A DNA stretch of 64,000 nucleotides from Camelus dromedarius (GCF_036321535.1 NC_087437.1:112098001-112162000), one strand, 5' to 3'. Shown: positions 11,968-24,660, numbered from the stretch's first letter. Notes: generated from the letters alone by a model not told the origin. Translations and numbers: made by a program.

Positions 11968-12777
11968 ATGTACTATGCGGTTTCCCAGGCGCGCGTGAAC
12001 GCGGCCCCCGCGACCATGCTTCGGCCACAGCGGCCTGGAGACGTGCAGCTCGGGGCCTCCCTGTACGAGCTGGTGGGCTACCGGCAGCCGCCCTCCTCCT
12101 CCTCCTCCTCCACTTCCTCCTCCTCCACGATGGCCCCCCTCCTCCCCAAGGTGGCGCGCGAGAAGCCGGAGGCGCCAGCCGAGCCGCTGGGCACAGGATC
12201 CGGGCCGGGTGCGCACGCGGGCGGAGGCTCCCGGGCGGACGCCAAAGAAGAGCAGCAACAGCAGCTGCGGCGCAAGATCAACAGCCGCGAGCGGAAGCGC
12301 ATGCAGGATCTGAACCTGGCCATGGACGCGCTGCGCGAGGTCATCCTGCCCTACTCCGCGGCGCACTGCCAGGGCGCGCCCGGCCGCAAGCTCTCCAAGA
12401 TCGCCACGCTGCTGCTCGCCCGCAACTACATCCTGCTACTAGGCAGCTCGCTGCAGGAGCTGCGCCGCGCGCTCGGCGAGGGCGCTGGGCCCGCTGCGCC
12501 GCGCCTGCTGCTGGCCGGCCTGCCCCTGCTTGCTGCCGCGCCCGGCTCTGTGCTGCTGGCGCCCGGCGCCGTGGGGCCGCCCGACGCGCTGCGCCCGGCC
12601 AAGTACCTGTCACTGGCGCTCGATGAGCCGCCGTGCGGCCAGTTCGCGCTCCCCGGCGGCGGTCCGGGCGGCGGCGCGAGCAGCCCCGGCCTCTGCACCT
12701 GCGCCGTCTGCAAGTTCCCGCACCTCGTCCCGGCAGGCCTGGGCCTGGCCGCGGTGCAGGCGCAGTTCTCCAAGTGA
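11968..12777 (+). CDS. OLIG1: Oligodendrocyte transcription factor 1 (class E bHLH), 269 aa, uninterrupted ORF
   Basis: N-terminus [25 protein letters not shown], a Ser-rich tract, b[62 protein letters not shown] (~aa 99-158, nt ~12262-12441) and C-terminal [13 protein letters not shown]...AVQAQFSK are all characteristic of mammalian OLIG1 rather than OLIG2/3. ATG at 11968, TGA at 12775-12777. The RKLS kinase motif (Ser143, 12394-12396) is intact. Confidence 0.99.
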   Translation: MYYAVSQARVNAAPATMLRPQRPGDVQLGASLYELVGYRQPPSSSSSSTSSSSTMAPLLPKVAREKPEAPAEPLGTGSGPGAHAGGGSRADAKEEQQQQLRRKINSRERKRMQDLNLAMDALREVILPYSAAHCQGAPGRKLSKIATLLLARNYILLLGSSLQELRRALGEGAGPAAPRLLLAGLPLLAAAPGSVLLAPGAVGPPDALRPAKYLSLALDEPPCGQFALPGGGPGGGASSPGLCTCAVCKFPHLVPAGLGLAAVQAQFSK

Positions 12778-14112
12778 GGGCTGGCCCGGGCCCGGGACGC
12801 AACCTCCCCCCCGGCTTCCCGCCGCCCAGCTTCTGCGGGCCCCGAGCCGCCGAGCAAGGAGGGCATTTCGAAACTTCTCCCCCAGATAAAGGGACTGTTG
12901 GGCGCCCCCTTCCCAGCCCCCACCCCGGGGAAGTTAAAGTGACCCTAGCAGATGTTCGACGGCGCGTGGGGGCTGTTTGGGGTTCTGAATCGATTCCAGC
13001 TGCTTTGGGCAGCAAGTGCGCGCTCTCACTGCCACTATCACCCAGCGCCTGTCTCTCCCGGTTCCTGGAGCCGTGCGCTTCGCAGGGGTGGTGTGGATTT
13101 TGGGGTGCCGTGCTCGCACGAGGTGCGGCGGCAGGCCAGCCTCGAGCACGACTGCTTACTGAGGGGACATCTACCCAGCTAGAGGACCAACGGGCTGCTC
13201 TCAGAGGGCGTGGGGTAGGCGTGGGAGTGTTTCCTTCTGCCCAGCCAGAGGTCACAGGCGTCCTGGTTCCCAGCAGCCAAGCCCTGTTAGAGGAGGCTGC
13301 CGGACCTCAGGAAGCCGAAAAAGATCAGTTATTCGGTACAGACGGTGTCGAGCGTAGCAGACGAAACGACCCTCAGCGGCTGGACGATTGGCATCGCAGT
13401 GCCGCGGGAGGGGGAATGACAACTCCTGGGTCGATGGGTGTGCTGGGTTGTAAAGTCCGATTTTGTACCCCCACTATTAGAGTGCAGTTTTTGAGAATCG
13501 CATAACCGGGTGTTTTGTTGCGGACGTTATTCGCTCCTAAATCCTGGGGTCTTCTTAGAAGGACAGTTTAGAACTCGAGATTCGCCATTTTGCACCCCCA
13601 CCCCACCCCCAAAGGTAGCGTAACCAACGTTGGAGCTTGCTTAAAACCAACCACCTTTCCCGCAGACCGGGTTCCCGCTGTACTAAAATAGGTAGCAATG
13701 CGCTCCCGGTTGACCTCTTGTCGGAAAGCAAGACCTCTAATTAACGTTGTGTCTCATCAAGAGACGTGGAGGGGGACCGGGAGCCCCACACCGCAGGCAG
13801 CTCGGAGGGTCCCCGCTGCGGTGGCCACCGCAGGATGGCGTTTTCTGCGCTGTCCCTTCGCGTGCGGGGTCTTTGACCAGCGCGTGGGGCAGATCTTCCA
13901 GCCGCTTTGCGACTGAAGAACTACACGGATGACCGGTCTTGATTTGTTACAGACGTTAACAAATTACTTCATCCAAGATATTTTTATAATCTTTCATCAG
14001 CTTGCTTTGAATTTCGTGTCTGAGGTTTTTGGTTGCTGGTAGTAGCCGAATTTAACTGGCTTTTATTTTTTTTCCTCTCTCTAACTTTGGTTGCGCTGTG
14101 AAGAATCAACAA

Positions 14113-14163
14113 AATAAACATTTAAAGACCTTACGTTTTTCGTCTGATTTGTTTGTTAATAAA
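14113..14163 (+). terminator. OLIG1 polyadenylation signal(s)
   Basis: AATAAA at 14113-14118 followed by a T/GT-rich element (TTACGTTTTTCGTCTGATTTGTTTGTT); second AATAAA at 14158-14163. Implies an mRNA of about 2.3 kb. Confidence 0.8.
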
Positions 14164-15216
14164 AATGTCCTGGTGCCCTGGTGAATCCAGAACCTCAGGA
14201 TGATGGGTAATAATTAAACGATGAGGGTTCAAAAATTACAAACTTGACTTCTTGATTTGTAAACTAATCCAATGAAGTCAACTGTAGGTCAAGTTCGGCA
14301 TCAGATGCGAGTGAGCCAGTGGGTGAGAGGGAGGGAGGAATTCCAGGAATTAGTTCTTAGCCCAGCTTGGGGATGGGTCTTTTTACACTACAACTTTGAC
14401 CTCTGGGGGAAAAATAGTTTAACAAATACAGTTAAGATAAAATTATTTTATATCTCATCATCTTTCTCAGAAATCTATCTTTTCTGTCTTAGTGGACAGA
14501 AGCTTAAACAATATCTCCCAGCTAAGAGCTTCCCCCTGTCATTTAAATCATGTTGGAGTTGTCTCCTAGGAAATGAAGTACCTGGGACATCATTTTATTC
14601 TAACAAGTGAAGAAAACTCTACTGTCTAATTGGCGATGTTACAAAGAATTTGGAATGGGTACTTGCTCACATGCAACATTTAAACATTCGACATTATTAA
14701 TAAAATCCACATTTAAAGGTCGGAGGATCTTAGGGGAGAAATAGCGTCCCTTTAATCTGTGGGAAATTAAAGAAAACCCAAATGAGGTGACTGAATTTTA
14801 TCCTCATTGGTTAATCTGAAGCATGTACCCATGTTGGGAAGACGAGTATTCACTTTGGGAACACAAAAGGGGTTGGAGGGAAAGAGGGCTGGCAGGACGG
14901 GGGTTGCCTTCCCTACCATCCTGGCTAAGTGTACTCAAGGGGAGGGGCAGGAGATGACGTGAGAGAAAGTAGCTTTATACACCAACCCATTTCTGGGAAG
15001 AATTTCTTATTCTTTTCTCAACTCTGCTGTCAGAAAAGTCACAGGCTTCTATTATAGCTAAATGTGAATTGCAGCCTTCTGTTTATTTAATAGCTGTCTT
15101 TGCTTACCTTGCATCTGGACATCTTGATGATGGACAGAAAGAAAATGAACAACTAAATCAAAACCAAATCAGGTCCTCCTGAGAAAAATATTTATAAGAT
15201 ACTAGAAATAAGTCCT

Positions 15217-15345
15217 GGGGGTGGGAGTTATAGCTCACTGGTAGAATGCATGCTTAGCATGCACGAGGTCCTAGGTTCAATCCCCAGTACATCCATTAAC
15301 AAAAAAAAGAAGAAAATCTTCAAAAAATATGAAAAGAAAGAAAGC
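15217..15345 (+). mobile_element. tRNA-Ala-derived SINE (Vic-1-like, camelid)
   Basis: GGG..TATAGCTCACTGGTAGAATGCATGCTTAGCATGCACGAGGTCCTAGGTTCAATCCCCAGTAC (Pol III A/B boxes) plus A-rich tail. Flanking duplication AAGTCCT at 15210-15216 and 15346-15352. Confidence 0.9.
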
Positions 15346-18300
15346 AAGTCCTTTCATAGTCCCAGCTCCATCACTTAAATGCCATCATCATCTGGAAAAC
15401 CATCTCTAAAAGAAGCAGAAAGCTACAGGGCAGAAAAGGAGTGGGTGGTCTCCCTCCTGTCTCTACTTACATATCGGAGCAAGTACCGGTGCCTTATAGG
15501 AAAGGTAATGCAAGAGGTGGTTTTTATTTAACTGAGAAAATCACACCCTATCCTGCTCTCCAGAACTGCTAAAGATTTTGAATGAATTTCACAAGGATAT
15601 GCAGGGATATTCTGGGTATCATTAAAATACTTAAGTTATCTGCCTATCTTATTGGCCAAGGTGCCAAGCAAAATCAGCAGACCCGCTCCTTATAAGAAAT
15701 GTACATCTCAAAAATAGCATCAGTGGGCATTCAGAAGTCCTGTAGAATAAAACAGGTAAAAGGTAACCATATATGGAGCTCAAAATGCAAAGTTAGACCT
15801 CTCAACATATATCTATGGGAAGGCAGTGTATTCTGCAGGCACAGTGTTTAAGCACAGATATGTATATTGTAGAGCAATGAGTTGCTTTTTGAAATCTGCA
15901 GGCAGACTTTTTGCAGAAGGAACACATTTAAGCTGGTTTTAGAAGGGGTAGGGGAAGCAGAAAGGCTGTAAGGCAGGGTCCTTGAGAAAGGTACACCACA
16001 CTTCAGAAACAAGATGAGAAGGAACACGCTGCTTGATGCCAAAAAATGGTCCCTGCATCCAGCCAACCACCAGCTTGCGGTCCCAGGGACGAGAGTGAAC
16101 AGAACCTAAGGGGAAAATACACAAGGCCCTGAGAAATTATGTTGTTATATGTGCTGGAGGCCAGGTAAGCAGTCAGTATACAGAAGATTAAATGCACTGT
16201 GGGATTTCCCTAGCCTGCAGCGATGACCTATTTACAGGAGTTCTTCTCTAAGGGAAACTGACTATACCAGGTATGAAAATACAGCCTTGTGAAATACACA
16301 ATGCGGAAGGTAAGTATACCCATCCAGGAAGGGTCTCCACCCCAAGCGTGGGAAGTATTTCATTTTACCGGATTTCAGATTATTAACAACAGTGCTGTCC
16401 ATCTAGTTCAGGGCAGCCCATCTAGTCTTTGCTGACTGCCCAGGTACGCAGGTGAGGATGGGTCCAAGTTGGTGATCAATACTCAGAGCTTCAGCCTGCT
16501 AGCTAGACCTCTTAGGCCATAAAGGAAGCCACCCAGAAGAAGGACTTTTCTTTCTGCCACACAAGGATGCTTTATGAACTTGCCAAAAACACGGTGATGG
16601 TTAGTTTTCTCATCATGGCACACAGCACATCTCTTGGGGAAGTGCATTTCCTCCAGAAGGCATTTTCTCGCTAGCTCACTGCCTCTCCCCTCTCATAAAT
16701 ATTCAGTCAGAAGAATAGCACCTTCACTGAAGTAGGCTCAAGAAGCAACAGACTGAAACATGTCATGTTTTCTAAAACACAGATTCACTTTTATCACGCA
16801 GATTTTCATTGTAGGGAAATATTGTTTTCAAGCAAGGTCCAGCTTCTCCTACCAAATACAGTGTGAAAACAGTAGCAAGTTAATCCTCAAGACATAAATT
16901 AGCCTCTTTATTTATGGGGATGTTGCAAATGACTTCTTCAAGCCATCCTGTCCTATCCTTTTTAACAAAGCCCAGCATAAAAGCTGAAATGCCTGATCAG
17001 AAGTTAAATCAAATTCCTTCTGCTCGTGTGGAAACTGCGCCTCCATTAGAAAAAGTTGCTTCTGGCTATTGTTGACAGGCCCGATCTCAGGCTCTGAGCT
17101 CAGGACAACCAGGCCTTAAACACTACAGGCTGCTTGATGCCCTGGGGGTGAGGGGTGGGGGGAATGCCGGGATTGAGGGCAGAGAGTAATTTCTCTTTGC
17201 CACTCAGCCTCTCTCAATGACCACGAAGGACAGAGCATGCAGGTCACAAGTGCCAGATCAATGCCAATGGGGCAAGAGACTTTAGAGGTTATCTGTCCAC
17301 CCTCTTCCCTACTGAATAAGGCAACTATGGCCCAGGAAGATCAGGAGACACGCCTGAGGCCATACAGGTAGTCGGAGGCAGCGATGCCAGGATCCAGGAC
17401 CTGCTTTGGGGAGGCAAAAGCTGCTCCCTCGGTTTGTTCTAGTGGAACTGGAATCTTCTGGAAACAGGAATCCTAGCAGGAGGTGAACACGTCCTTTCTG
17501 CCCTCTGGAAAACCTCTGGCCTCTGGCTTTTTCCAGCCTCTCTGCTCAACCCTCGGTCTGTCCCTGCGAGTGGCATGGAAAGAGGCAGACTCAGGGCCAA
17601 TGCCCTGCCAGGTGACCAGCCTACAACTCAGTCACCCGAACTTTCTCCGGCAGCCTGGACCCCAAGCCCCGAGGGAGGCCCAGATTGGTGACAGGGAGCA
17701 GTGGAGGCAAAGCAAACCCTTTGAGAGATCCTCCGATGATTACATGTTAGTCACTAAGGTTTAGGAAAGCAACATTCAGACGGCAAGGGAACGGACAGCT
17801 GATGGGCAAGGGCAGCTGGGTAGAGGGGGAGGCAGGGTCTTTGAGGCTGTCTTTCAGTGTTTCCATGTAGACCCTCAGTGTTCTGATGCTGATGGACTCT
17901 GACCTGATTTTCTCAATAGTGTAGGCACCTTTTTGTTCAGTGATTTTCGTGGATGTGAATGGTTCTCCAAGAGTCTGGCTGCCGTCAAATCCCGGGACAG
18001 AGGACAGGCACCCTGACGGGGGGCCCTGCACGCGCTGCACCAGCCAGAGGTAGGCAATGGGGGAGGGGGAAGCTCGCCGGAGGCCCCAGCACTGGGATCC
18101 GGAAGGGCTGTTGTGTCCCAGAAGCTTCTAAGTTAACATCGGTAACTCCTTAGAGAATGCCAAAGTCATACAATCTGGAGACTCTGAAATAATGAGGTCA
18201 GATGAGAACACATCTGTGGGGAGAGCAAGAGAGAGAAAAGCCACCTCACCTGGGGGCAGGCAGCTGGGAAGAGGAAGAGCTCATAGTGGAGATGCTGGAA

Positions 18301-20850
18301 CAGCCCCTGTAGGAATAAAAATGATCCCGCATCGACAAGAACTAGTGTGCATCTATCAGGCACTAAGCAGTGTTCTAGGCATTTTACATGACTTCATTTT
18401 GTAACAGTTTATTACCTCGTTTTACAGATGAGAATACAAAAGCATGAAAAAGTAGAGACAAGGAAGCCGAGGCCGGTTAAGGAAAGTTGTAAAACCAGAC
18501 TCTGAAAGGAATGAGGCTTCGTGTGGGGGAAGGACAGCCCTCCCTAGATTTCCTTCCTGGTCCTCCACTCTCAAGGTGGTCACTCCCTCCTCCCCTCTCG
18601 TTCAGGGTTCTGGCTGTGATTGACACTCCTAGAGCAAGTCTAACCGACGTGAAGCTGGGATTCAGCATATCCTGAACATAGCGGGTGGACACTCCAGCTA
18701 ATTCGGCCTCTTTCTTGAGTTAAAATGCCCTGAGGTCAGTGGTGGGTGTTTGGGCTCATCTTGGTGGCTTCTATCAGGAAGGACGGTAATGAGATGTCAG
18801 GGATGACAATTGGGGCAGAAGGCAGACCTCACTCAGCCCACACCTTCAAGACATTAGGTGTCCCTGGTCCTGCCGTCACTACTAGAATTTAGGCAAAAAA
18901 CAAAAACCAAAACAAAAGCTTTTAAGGTAGCGATCACTAGGTGTCCTTAAATTCAAATCTTCAAAACTAGAGTGGAGCTGATATAAAATCAGTCAACTTT
19001 TGAAGATGATTTGATCACTTTTCTCTACCTAGCTTACCAGTCAAAGGGAGTATTTTGTTGTGATTGTGATGGTTTTGTTTCGTTTGCTTGCTTCTGGAGT
19101 CCTGGCTGCTCACAGCCTTTTGCTTTATCAGGGACAGTCACGGGCAGGAGGCAAAACCAACAACTTTCTCACTGTGCTCATCACCAGTGCAAAAAAAAAT
19201 AAGTAAATAGAACTGGACATCACAGAATCTCATTTAATAGACAACTTCTGAATTCTCTCATGACTGTAGAATCCACGGTCCTAGGGGCTGTGAGAGCATC
19301 AGAAGACGCCGTTTGTATTTAGATTCACACAGACCCACAGGAACTCAAAGAAAGGGAGAGGTGTCAGCCTGGAACATAAACCACCGCGGGGGAGTGTCTG
19401 AGGGAGCTGTGTGCTGAAGCTGGCTGGTGTGGGGACCGCACCCATGAGGACAGAGATGGGGGAGGGCCCTTCATCCCTTCACATCCTCCACCCCTGGAAC
19501 CTGCGCTGTTTTCCAGCTCAATCAAATACCAATCTCCTCTCCCAGCTCCTTTCTGCCCTGCTGTTCGTCCCTTCCTGTAAAATCCCTTTGGTTGGGCCTC
19601 ACCGTCAAGTTACTCTACTCTCTGGCCGCCTGACCTTGGCTAGGCTACTTGACCTCTGAGTGCTTTGGTCCCTTCTCTGTAAGATCTAATAATAGGAGCC
19701 CCTCCCTGGGGGTTAAAGGAGGCAGCGCGTGTCAAGTGTTAGCACAGTGCCTATTCCAAGTGTGGCTCTTTTTTCCGTGGCCGCTCCTAGTTTTTTCCAT
19801 TGGCTAGAAATACACTATTGATGTGATGATTATGCTAATGGCTGCTTTCAGAGAGCAGTGGTGTGCACTCCATCTTCTCTTGTAATTCATCAATAGGGCC
19901 CATGATGGCATTGGATGATGCCAAGTAAAAACCCATCTAGACTGAGCAAAGCTGCTTTCTAAAATCACAGCTCCTCCTGGCACTCGCTTGAGCCCAGCGA
20001 TGGCTTTTGAGGGGCTTCTCCTAAGGAGTCCCATGCAGGGCTCCGTCCTTCCAAGCTGGCTCTCAGAGCCCTGCCGCCACCAATGCTACTGTGGGGCCAA
20101 ACTGCTTCTCCGAGGTAGAGGGGGCAGGGCACCGGGATCTTCCTCCTCCTGCCAATTGACTAGCAGACAATGGGTTCTTCAGAAGCCACAGCATTTCAGC
20201 TGTTGGGGCCACAATGGCCACAAGCTGACTGGATGTCATTCTATCCCAGTGGGGCGTCAGCTCAGGACAGCTCCAAACAGTGTCAACCGGTTTGTGGCGA
20301 GGGGCATAAACACCAGGCTGGCTGAATGACATCACTGCCTGAGTCACCCTCAGCACACGGAGGTGAAGACAACCCAGGCACCCAAGGGGCTCCGGCAGGA
20401 CGCTGGGGCTTCTCCCTGCCCACGAGCCCAGGCCAGCCTCAGCCATCACACCTCTGTCCAACCAACGCTCAGTAAGCACCTTTCTGCTTGGTGCTCACAC
20501 AGCCATTATTCCTCAAAATAGTGCTTGTGGTCATCTAGACTTGGGTGTGGTGCCTAGAGCAAGTTTCAGTCTGTGTTCAGGAATCTGTCTCAACAGAAAT
20601 ACTTGCTAAATGAGAAAGGAAGGAGGGAAGGAAGGGAGGGAGGGAGACTTCATTAATATTCAAATTTTAAATCATAATTACATTTTGGTTCAAATTCATT
20701 AATTAAATTATCATCTTAACCTAGTCAACAGGGCACAGTCAGAAAAAATACACTGATGAATTAAACTAATCTCCCAAAGTAAAATAAAATAGATTAGACC
20801 TGCTTTTTGCTACTTGGGTCTTAAAAGGAAATAAGGCATTGAGAAGTAAG

Positions 20851-21020
20851 CAGGGCCAGGACTAGGGTGAGGCCAGTGAGGCAGTTTCTTGGATATAAAA
20901 TTTAAGGAGGCACTATAAACTCAGTTATCAATGAAATTTTAAATTTTTTTTAAATCAAAATTGATGCAGAAATCCATGATGAACAAAATATCAAAGGTTT
21001 AAATATAGACAGGACCGGGT
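20851..21020 (+). mobile_element. hAT MITE (MER96B-like), 5' part
   Basis: CAGGGCCAGGACTAGGGTGAGGCCAGTGAGGC...AAAATTTAAGGAGGCAC...AAATCCATGATGAACAAAATATCAAA. Confidence 0.75.
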
Positions 21021-22458
21021 CACTGATTTCTCCCCAGACTCCAACACAGCAACGGAGGCAAGCCTCCGGACCCTCTCCCAGTTCAAAAGGGCCATTCCCA
21101 TGTCACTCACGAGGCCACAGCCTCCCCAGTGTCCCTGCTCGCCTTGGCCAGGCTGGGGAGGCTAGAGAGAAGCCCTTTAAATACGGAACGTGGCTCCCTG
21201 TCCACCGATTCCAGGGCCATAAGGGGCAGCCTTGGTCAGCCTGGCTGGCGTCAGAATGCCTGCATTCTAGCCCCAGCTCCCTCCTCCCTAGCTCTGTCCC
21301 CTTGCACAGGTTTATATGTAAACTCTTTAAGCCTCAATATCCTCATCTGTGAAATGGGAGTGATAATGGTGATAATGGTGTTCACCTCACAGGATTCAAT
21401 GACACCTGCGAGCACTCAGCAGTGCTCCTGGAACCATTATTATCGCAGACGAGCCCGGGTGCCCGTTTTGTCCTGCCTGCCTCGGGAGCACTGGCAGTGG
21501 AGGAGCAGCGTGCGGGCAGAGGGAACATTCCTATTCGGTGCAGTAGTTTACATGGATGCTGGTGTGGCTGCCCCTTCCCAGGAATGCAGGCTGGAGCACA
21601 CATGTGCGCCTGGAGTTCTTTGTGTTTCTAAGTAGCCTCCAGATACAGAAATGGTAGCAGCACTGGTAGGAGTGTAGCATCGGTAGTGGTCCACACTGTT
21701 ACTGAGCATTTTATGAGGCGTGTTACTGAGCGTCAGGCCTGTGCTAAGCACTTGGGGTTGACAAAAGAGTGTACATAAGAGAACTGAGTCCAAAGACAGG
21801 GAGAGGTGGGTGCAGGGGCTGGAGCGAGCTCTGCCCTGGGCTCAGCCCTGCAGAGCAGAAATTCCAGCCCCAAAGTCTGAAGCCCTGGGGAACGAGGGCA
21901 CTCCCTCTGCCAGGCCCTGGGCTTTGACGCTTCACTTCACCAGGGAGTGGTGTGTCCCCTGGGCCTGGAAGCCTGGTGGCTCCATGCAGGGAGCCTGGGG
22001 TCGCCGTATCAGAGCACACTGGACAATTAAACCTGAGGAGACTTGGAACACGGTCCCACGTCACGCTGAGGCTGAACTGGGTGAGATAAAGGGCTTTGTT
22101 TTCTGAGCCACAGCTGACCCTCCCCCACTGCTGCCCCTCACACCGAAATCTTAATCCCAGGGAGGCGGGGCACCAAAACAGGCACAGACAGCCCGTCCTT
22201 CTCCCTGTCATCCCTGTTGCTGTCTGACAGTCTTCGGAATGTGGTAAATATCATGCATGTCGGATTTTTTAAGTCAATCCATTTATTTGGAAAATGCTTG
22301 CCGTGGCTTTTTAAAAAGGTTGTCTGGTTCAAATGCACGCAGAGGGAATTGAAAACCCTCATAGCCTCTTTGACCCTAATGATCTTCCCCTCCAAATGTT
22401 TATGCTCATTTTTAAATTTTAAAAACACACAGATTGTTTTTCCTCCCCACCCCACATC

Positions 22459-22545
22459 TTTTTTTTAAATGGAGGTACTGGAGATTGAACCCAAGACCTC
22501 AGGCATGCTAAGCCTGCACTCTACCGCTTAGCTATACCCATCCCC
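22459..22545 (-). mobile_element. tRNA-Ala-derived SINE (Vic-1-like)
   Basis: Reverse complement reads GGGGATGGGTATAGCTAAGCGGTAGAGTGCAGGCTTAGCATGCCTGAGGTCTTGGGTTCAATCTCCAGTACCTCCA plus A tail. Confidence 0.9.
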
Positions 22546-22863
22546 ACCCCCAGGGGAAAAACAACCAGAATTTGAAAAGACCCTCCTTATGAGACTTCAT
22601 TAAACATATTTGCTCATTCAAATGACCTCCTCTCATTCAACAACTGAAACAGCTTTAAAGCCTGTGAAACAAGATTGGCAGATGGGGGTCCTAGTCATTA
22701 CAAACTACCTGCATGGGTCAGCAATGCCACGATGACTATCTCACTATTTCTACCTTGGAGCTGTTACAAGAGAAACAGAGAGGGAGACTTTGGAACTGGC
22801 TACTATGGCAGTTTTTATAAACGAGATCTTCATTACTTTTTAAAATAATAAAAGCATTAGACA

Positions 22864-23369
22864 TGCAAACTAAAACCTGGCACTTGCCATCTGCCTCTGC
22901 AAGGATTGGATCACACTGGCACTGGCCATCCAACTCTGCTTGAATCAAATCAGGAGCTGCTGCAGCCACTGACCTCCAACACCCCCTGAAAGGAGTTCAG
23001 GATGGAGGTCAGGAATGAGGCACTCTGTGCTCTGGGAAGACTGACTGAACAGGTCTTCAGATACTTAGATGTTTTCAGGAGGAAATTTTATGACCCCAGT
23101 TCTTGCATCTCCTCATATCTAGAAAAGCACTAGAATCATTAACGGTGACATGTGCTCCTCATGACTAGCAGCAGGCTCTGCCTGAACATGTGCTTGGCTG
23201 CACGTCCCCCCTCACTGATAACATATATAATACTGAGCTTTCCCCCTGCCTCCTTGAACAGTTCCTCAGAGCTTTCTGGGTTGCTCTCTCCCGGGCTATA
23301 GTCCTCATTTTGCCCCCAATAAAACTTAACCCACAACTCTCACGTTGTGTGATTTTATTTCAGTTGACA
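22864..23369 (+). mobile_element. Solo LTR, ERV1-like (artiodactyl type)
   Basis: Starts TG, ends TTTCAGTTGACA, contains TATATAA and AATAAA in the expected order, 4-bp flanks GACA/GATA. The 3' half resembles the LTR at 59663. Confidence 0.75.
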
Positions 23370-24660
23370 GATATAATCATCATAAGTAAATTAGACCATT
23401 TCAAAAAGAATACAGAAGAAAATGGAAATTGTCTATAATCTCACCACTCCAAGAAAACCGCTGCTAACAATCCCCATACGGATTGTTACAAATTTTCTTC
23501 TCTGCACATACAAATATATGAAACAGATCAGGGTTAAACCAGGCAGTCTTGTAAGCTGCTTTACTCCTTTAACAATAGATCACAGACAGCTTTCAATGCC
23601 AATACATACGTTCCCACGTCACCATTTGAAGCTGGATTCCACTGTGTGCTGTCCTGTGATTTATTGAAGTAACTCCCTATAAATGGATGTTTCATTCTCC
23701 CTCACTGTTTTACTACTGCAAGTCATACAGTAATGACCATCTTGTACATAAATCTACATGCCCTCTCTCAGTTTATCCTAGGGTAAATTTCTAGAGGTGA
23801 AGTCAACCACATTGAAGGTTAGCATATAAATAAGGCTCTGATTGCTCGTTGGCAAGTAGGTCCCTCCAGAAAGGTAGGACCAGTGGGTAATTCCATCTGC
23901 AGGTCCTGAGAACACGTGTCTTCACAGCCTCAACAGCACTGGGTATTTGTCTTAAAATTTGTTCATGTGTCTTTTTAAAAAAATTTTTGGAGGGGAAGGG
24001 AGGTAATTAGGCTTATTTATGTATTTTTGGAGGAGGTACTAGGGGTTGAACCCAGGACCTCATGCATGCTAAACATGCACTCTATCACTTCAGCTATACC
24101 CACCCCCTATATCTTTTTATGATTATAGAAACAATATAAGATCATTGTAAAATTTCAAACATTATCAATTTGTATAAAGTAGAAAGTAAAATTCCAGCCC
24201 TAAAACCTCTTATAGTCCCTACGCCTTCAGTAAACTTGACTGTATTTTTTCCAAATTTTCTTTTCAATACCTATGCAGGAAATTTTTTTTCCTTTCTTAC
24301 AAAAATGGTTAATTAGTCAGATAGTTTTGCATTTAGCTTTCTTTCTTTCCATGTTTCTGTATATACGTGGCTTTCTTTCCATGGCGGGCCTCATTTGTAG
24401 TGGTTTCCCAGTGTCCCACGGAAAGGACATGCTGGGATTCACTGCAGTCCTCGAGGATGAACACTTCAGTTGTTTCCAATATTTGAATGAACGTCATTGC
24501 TCACATATCTGTGCATGCGTGTAGGACCTTCCTAAGATTATTCTTAGAAATACACTTGTTCCAAGGGGTTTGCACCTTTAAAATGACAAGAGCTGTTGTC
24601 AAATTACCCCGCTAAAGTTAACACTCCTACCAGCAATATATGAGAGTGTCTGTTTCCGTT
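23370..24660 (-). mobile_element. Highly decayed ancient LINE-1 relics (L1ME/L1MC-like), interrupted by a SINE
   Basis: Decayed antisense L1 blocks such as GGGTAAATTTCTAGAGGTGAAGT, CCTCAACAGCACTGGGTATT and ACACTCCTACCAGCAATATATGAGAGTG. Subfamily uncertain. Confidence 0.55.
23972..24107 (-). mobile_element. tRNA-Ala-derived SINE (Vic-1-like, with AATTACCTCCC 3' extension)
   Basis: Same tRNA-like head on the minus strand, followed by AAATA repeats and CCTAATTACCTCCC, as in the copy at 25420. Confidence 0.88.

Larger units (their letters stand above)
11640..13930. promoter_or_regulatory. CpG island covering the OLIG1 promoter, CDS and most of the 3' UTR
   Basis: Abrupt rise in GC content and CG dinucleotides from ~11640, persisting to ~13930, against CpG-depleted flanks. 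Boundaries judged by eye. Confidence 0.9.

Noticed and set aside
11782..13255. Long antisense ORFs (194, 304, 165 and 88 aa) over OLIG1
   Set aside because: Expected shadows of a very GC-rich CDS and CpG island where stop codons are rare; low-complexity Arg/Gly/Ala/Pro products.
12633..13505. 290-aa out-of-frame ORF overlapping the OLIG1 C-terminus and 3' UTR
   Set aside because: Begins at GTG, has no recognisable homology or frameshift signal, and is explained by GC richness.
15217..15297. tRNA-Ala(AGC)-like sequences (six copies)
   Set aside because: They have A-rich tails, target-site duplications, divergent stems and dispersed copies, so they are SINEs rather than tRNA genes.
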